Of a DNA stretch of 64,000 nucleotides, positions 63,693-64,000 are shown piece after piece. The number at the start of each line of letters is the position of its first letter. Position 1 is the stretch's first letter. The notes under the pieces are model-generated. The model did not search any database and had not been told where the DNA came from. It saw only the letters and a list, made by a program, of their open reading frames with translations. Location of the stretch: the sequence record LR756501.1; one strand, 5' to 3'. The translations under genes and the position numbers were made by a program.

Positions 63693-64000
63693 TGGATGGT
63701 TGTATGGATGGCGGTATGAATGTTATAAGACACGACCCCGCAAACGATTTAATGATAATGAATGATTTTCAAAGTAACGTTAATTTGGTTATTAACGGTG
63801 AAGTATTAACACAAGAACAACTTGTTAATAAATTATACTACGAAAATAACGGTTACGATAGAATGAGAAATAACGAATTTGTAGCCAATAAACAAAGACC
63901 TAAGAAAATTCACGAAATTCCAGATGAACCTAAACCAATAGAGCCAGGACAAGTTGATCCTGCTTCGTTCTTTGGTAATAGTATGAAAGGTTTGTTTTAA
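63692..64000 (+). CDS. Hypothetical protein
   Basis: TAATG overlap; TAA at the window end. Confidence 0.6.
   Translation: MDGCMDGGMNVIRHDPANDLMIMNDFQSNVNLVINGEVLTQEQLVNKLYYENNGYDRMRNNEFVANKQRPKKIHEIPDEPKPIEPGQVDPASFFGNSMKGLF

Noticed and set aside
1-64000. Genome-wide TAG reassignment (code 15) suggested by the CUA tRNAs
   Set aside because: Long conserved genes are intact in code 11 with no internal TAG, and TAG closes several genes normally (11557-59, 14152-54, 45854-56). Internal ambers were found only at 16745, 16847 and 18590.
1-64000. CRISPR array
   Set aside because: No run of equal-length direct repeats with unique spacers was seen; the repeats at 1289-3110 are coding and gene-spaced.

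Overview
This is a strongly AT-rich, gene-dense 64 kb piece of a jumbo/huge tailed phage with distant T4-like genes: gp46-like nuclease, gp17-like terminase ATPase, gp25-like baseplate protein, gp19-like tube proteins, family-B polymerase, PhoH and an amidase. The host is most likely Bacteroidota, because TAnnTTTG promoter elements recur, most genes lack a Shine-Dalgarno sequence, and the tmRNA resume context is ATAAAT-GGC. It reads in genetic code 11; TAG is a normal terminal stop and long genes contain none internally. The most striking feature is an apparent amber-sensing module at 16.7-19.3 kb, none of which is shown in the ORF track. It comprises a PTH2-fold (peptidyl-tRNA hydrolase-like) gene starting SD-ATG-TCG-TAG with two in-frame ambers, a second SD-ATG-TCG-TAG leader (M-S-amber-S-R-P-P-stop) followed by alternative hairpins, and two tandem tRNA genes that both have a CUA anticodon. 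The window also holds a tmRNA with a 33-residue tag and a group I intron in its T-loop, ribosomal protein S1, KamA/EpmB, YqeY, a single-chain eukaryote-like topoisomerase II and a split PolB. Several recurring short protein motifs tag dozens of otherwise unrelated proteins: an N-terminal T4-CTS-like motif, DPYGEExW, RTxLIDxxL and GxPSGE. All family calls are from motif recognition by eye; no database searches were run.
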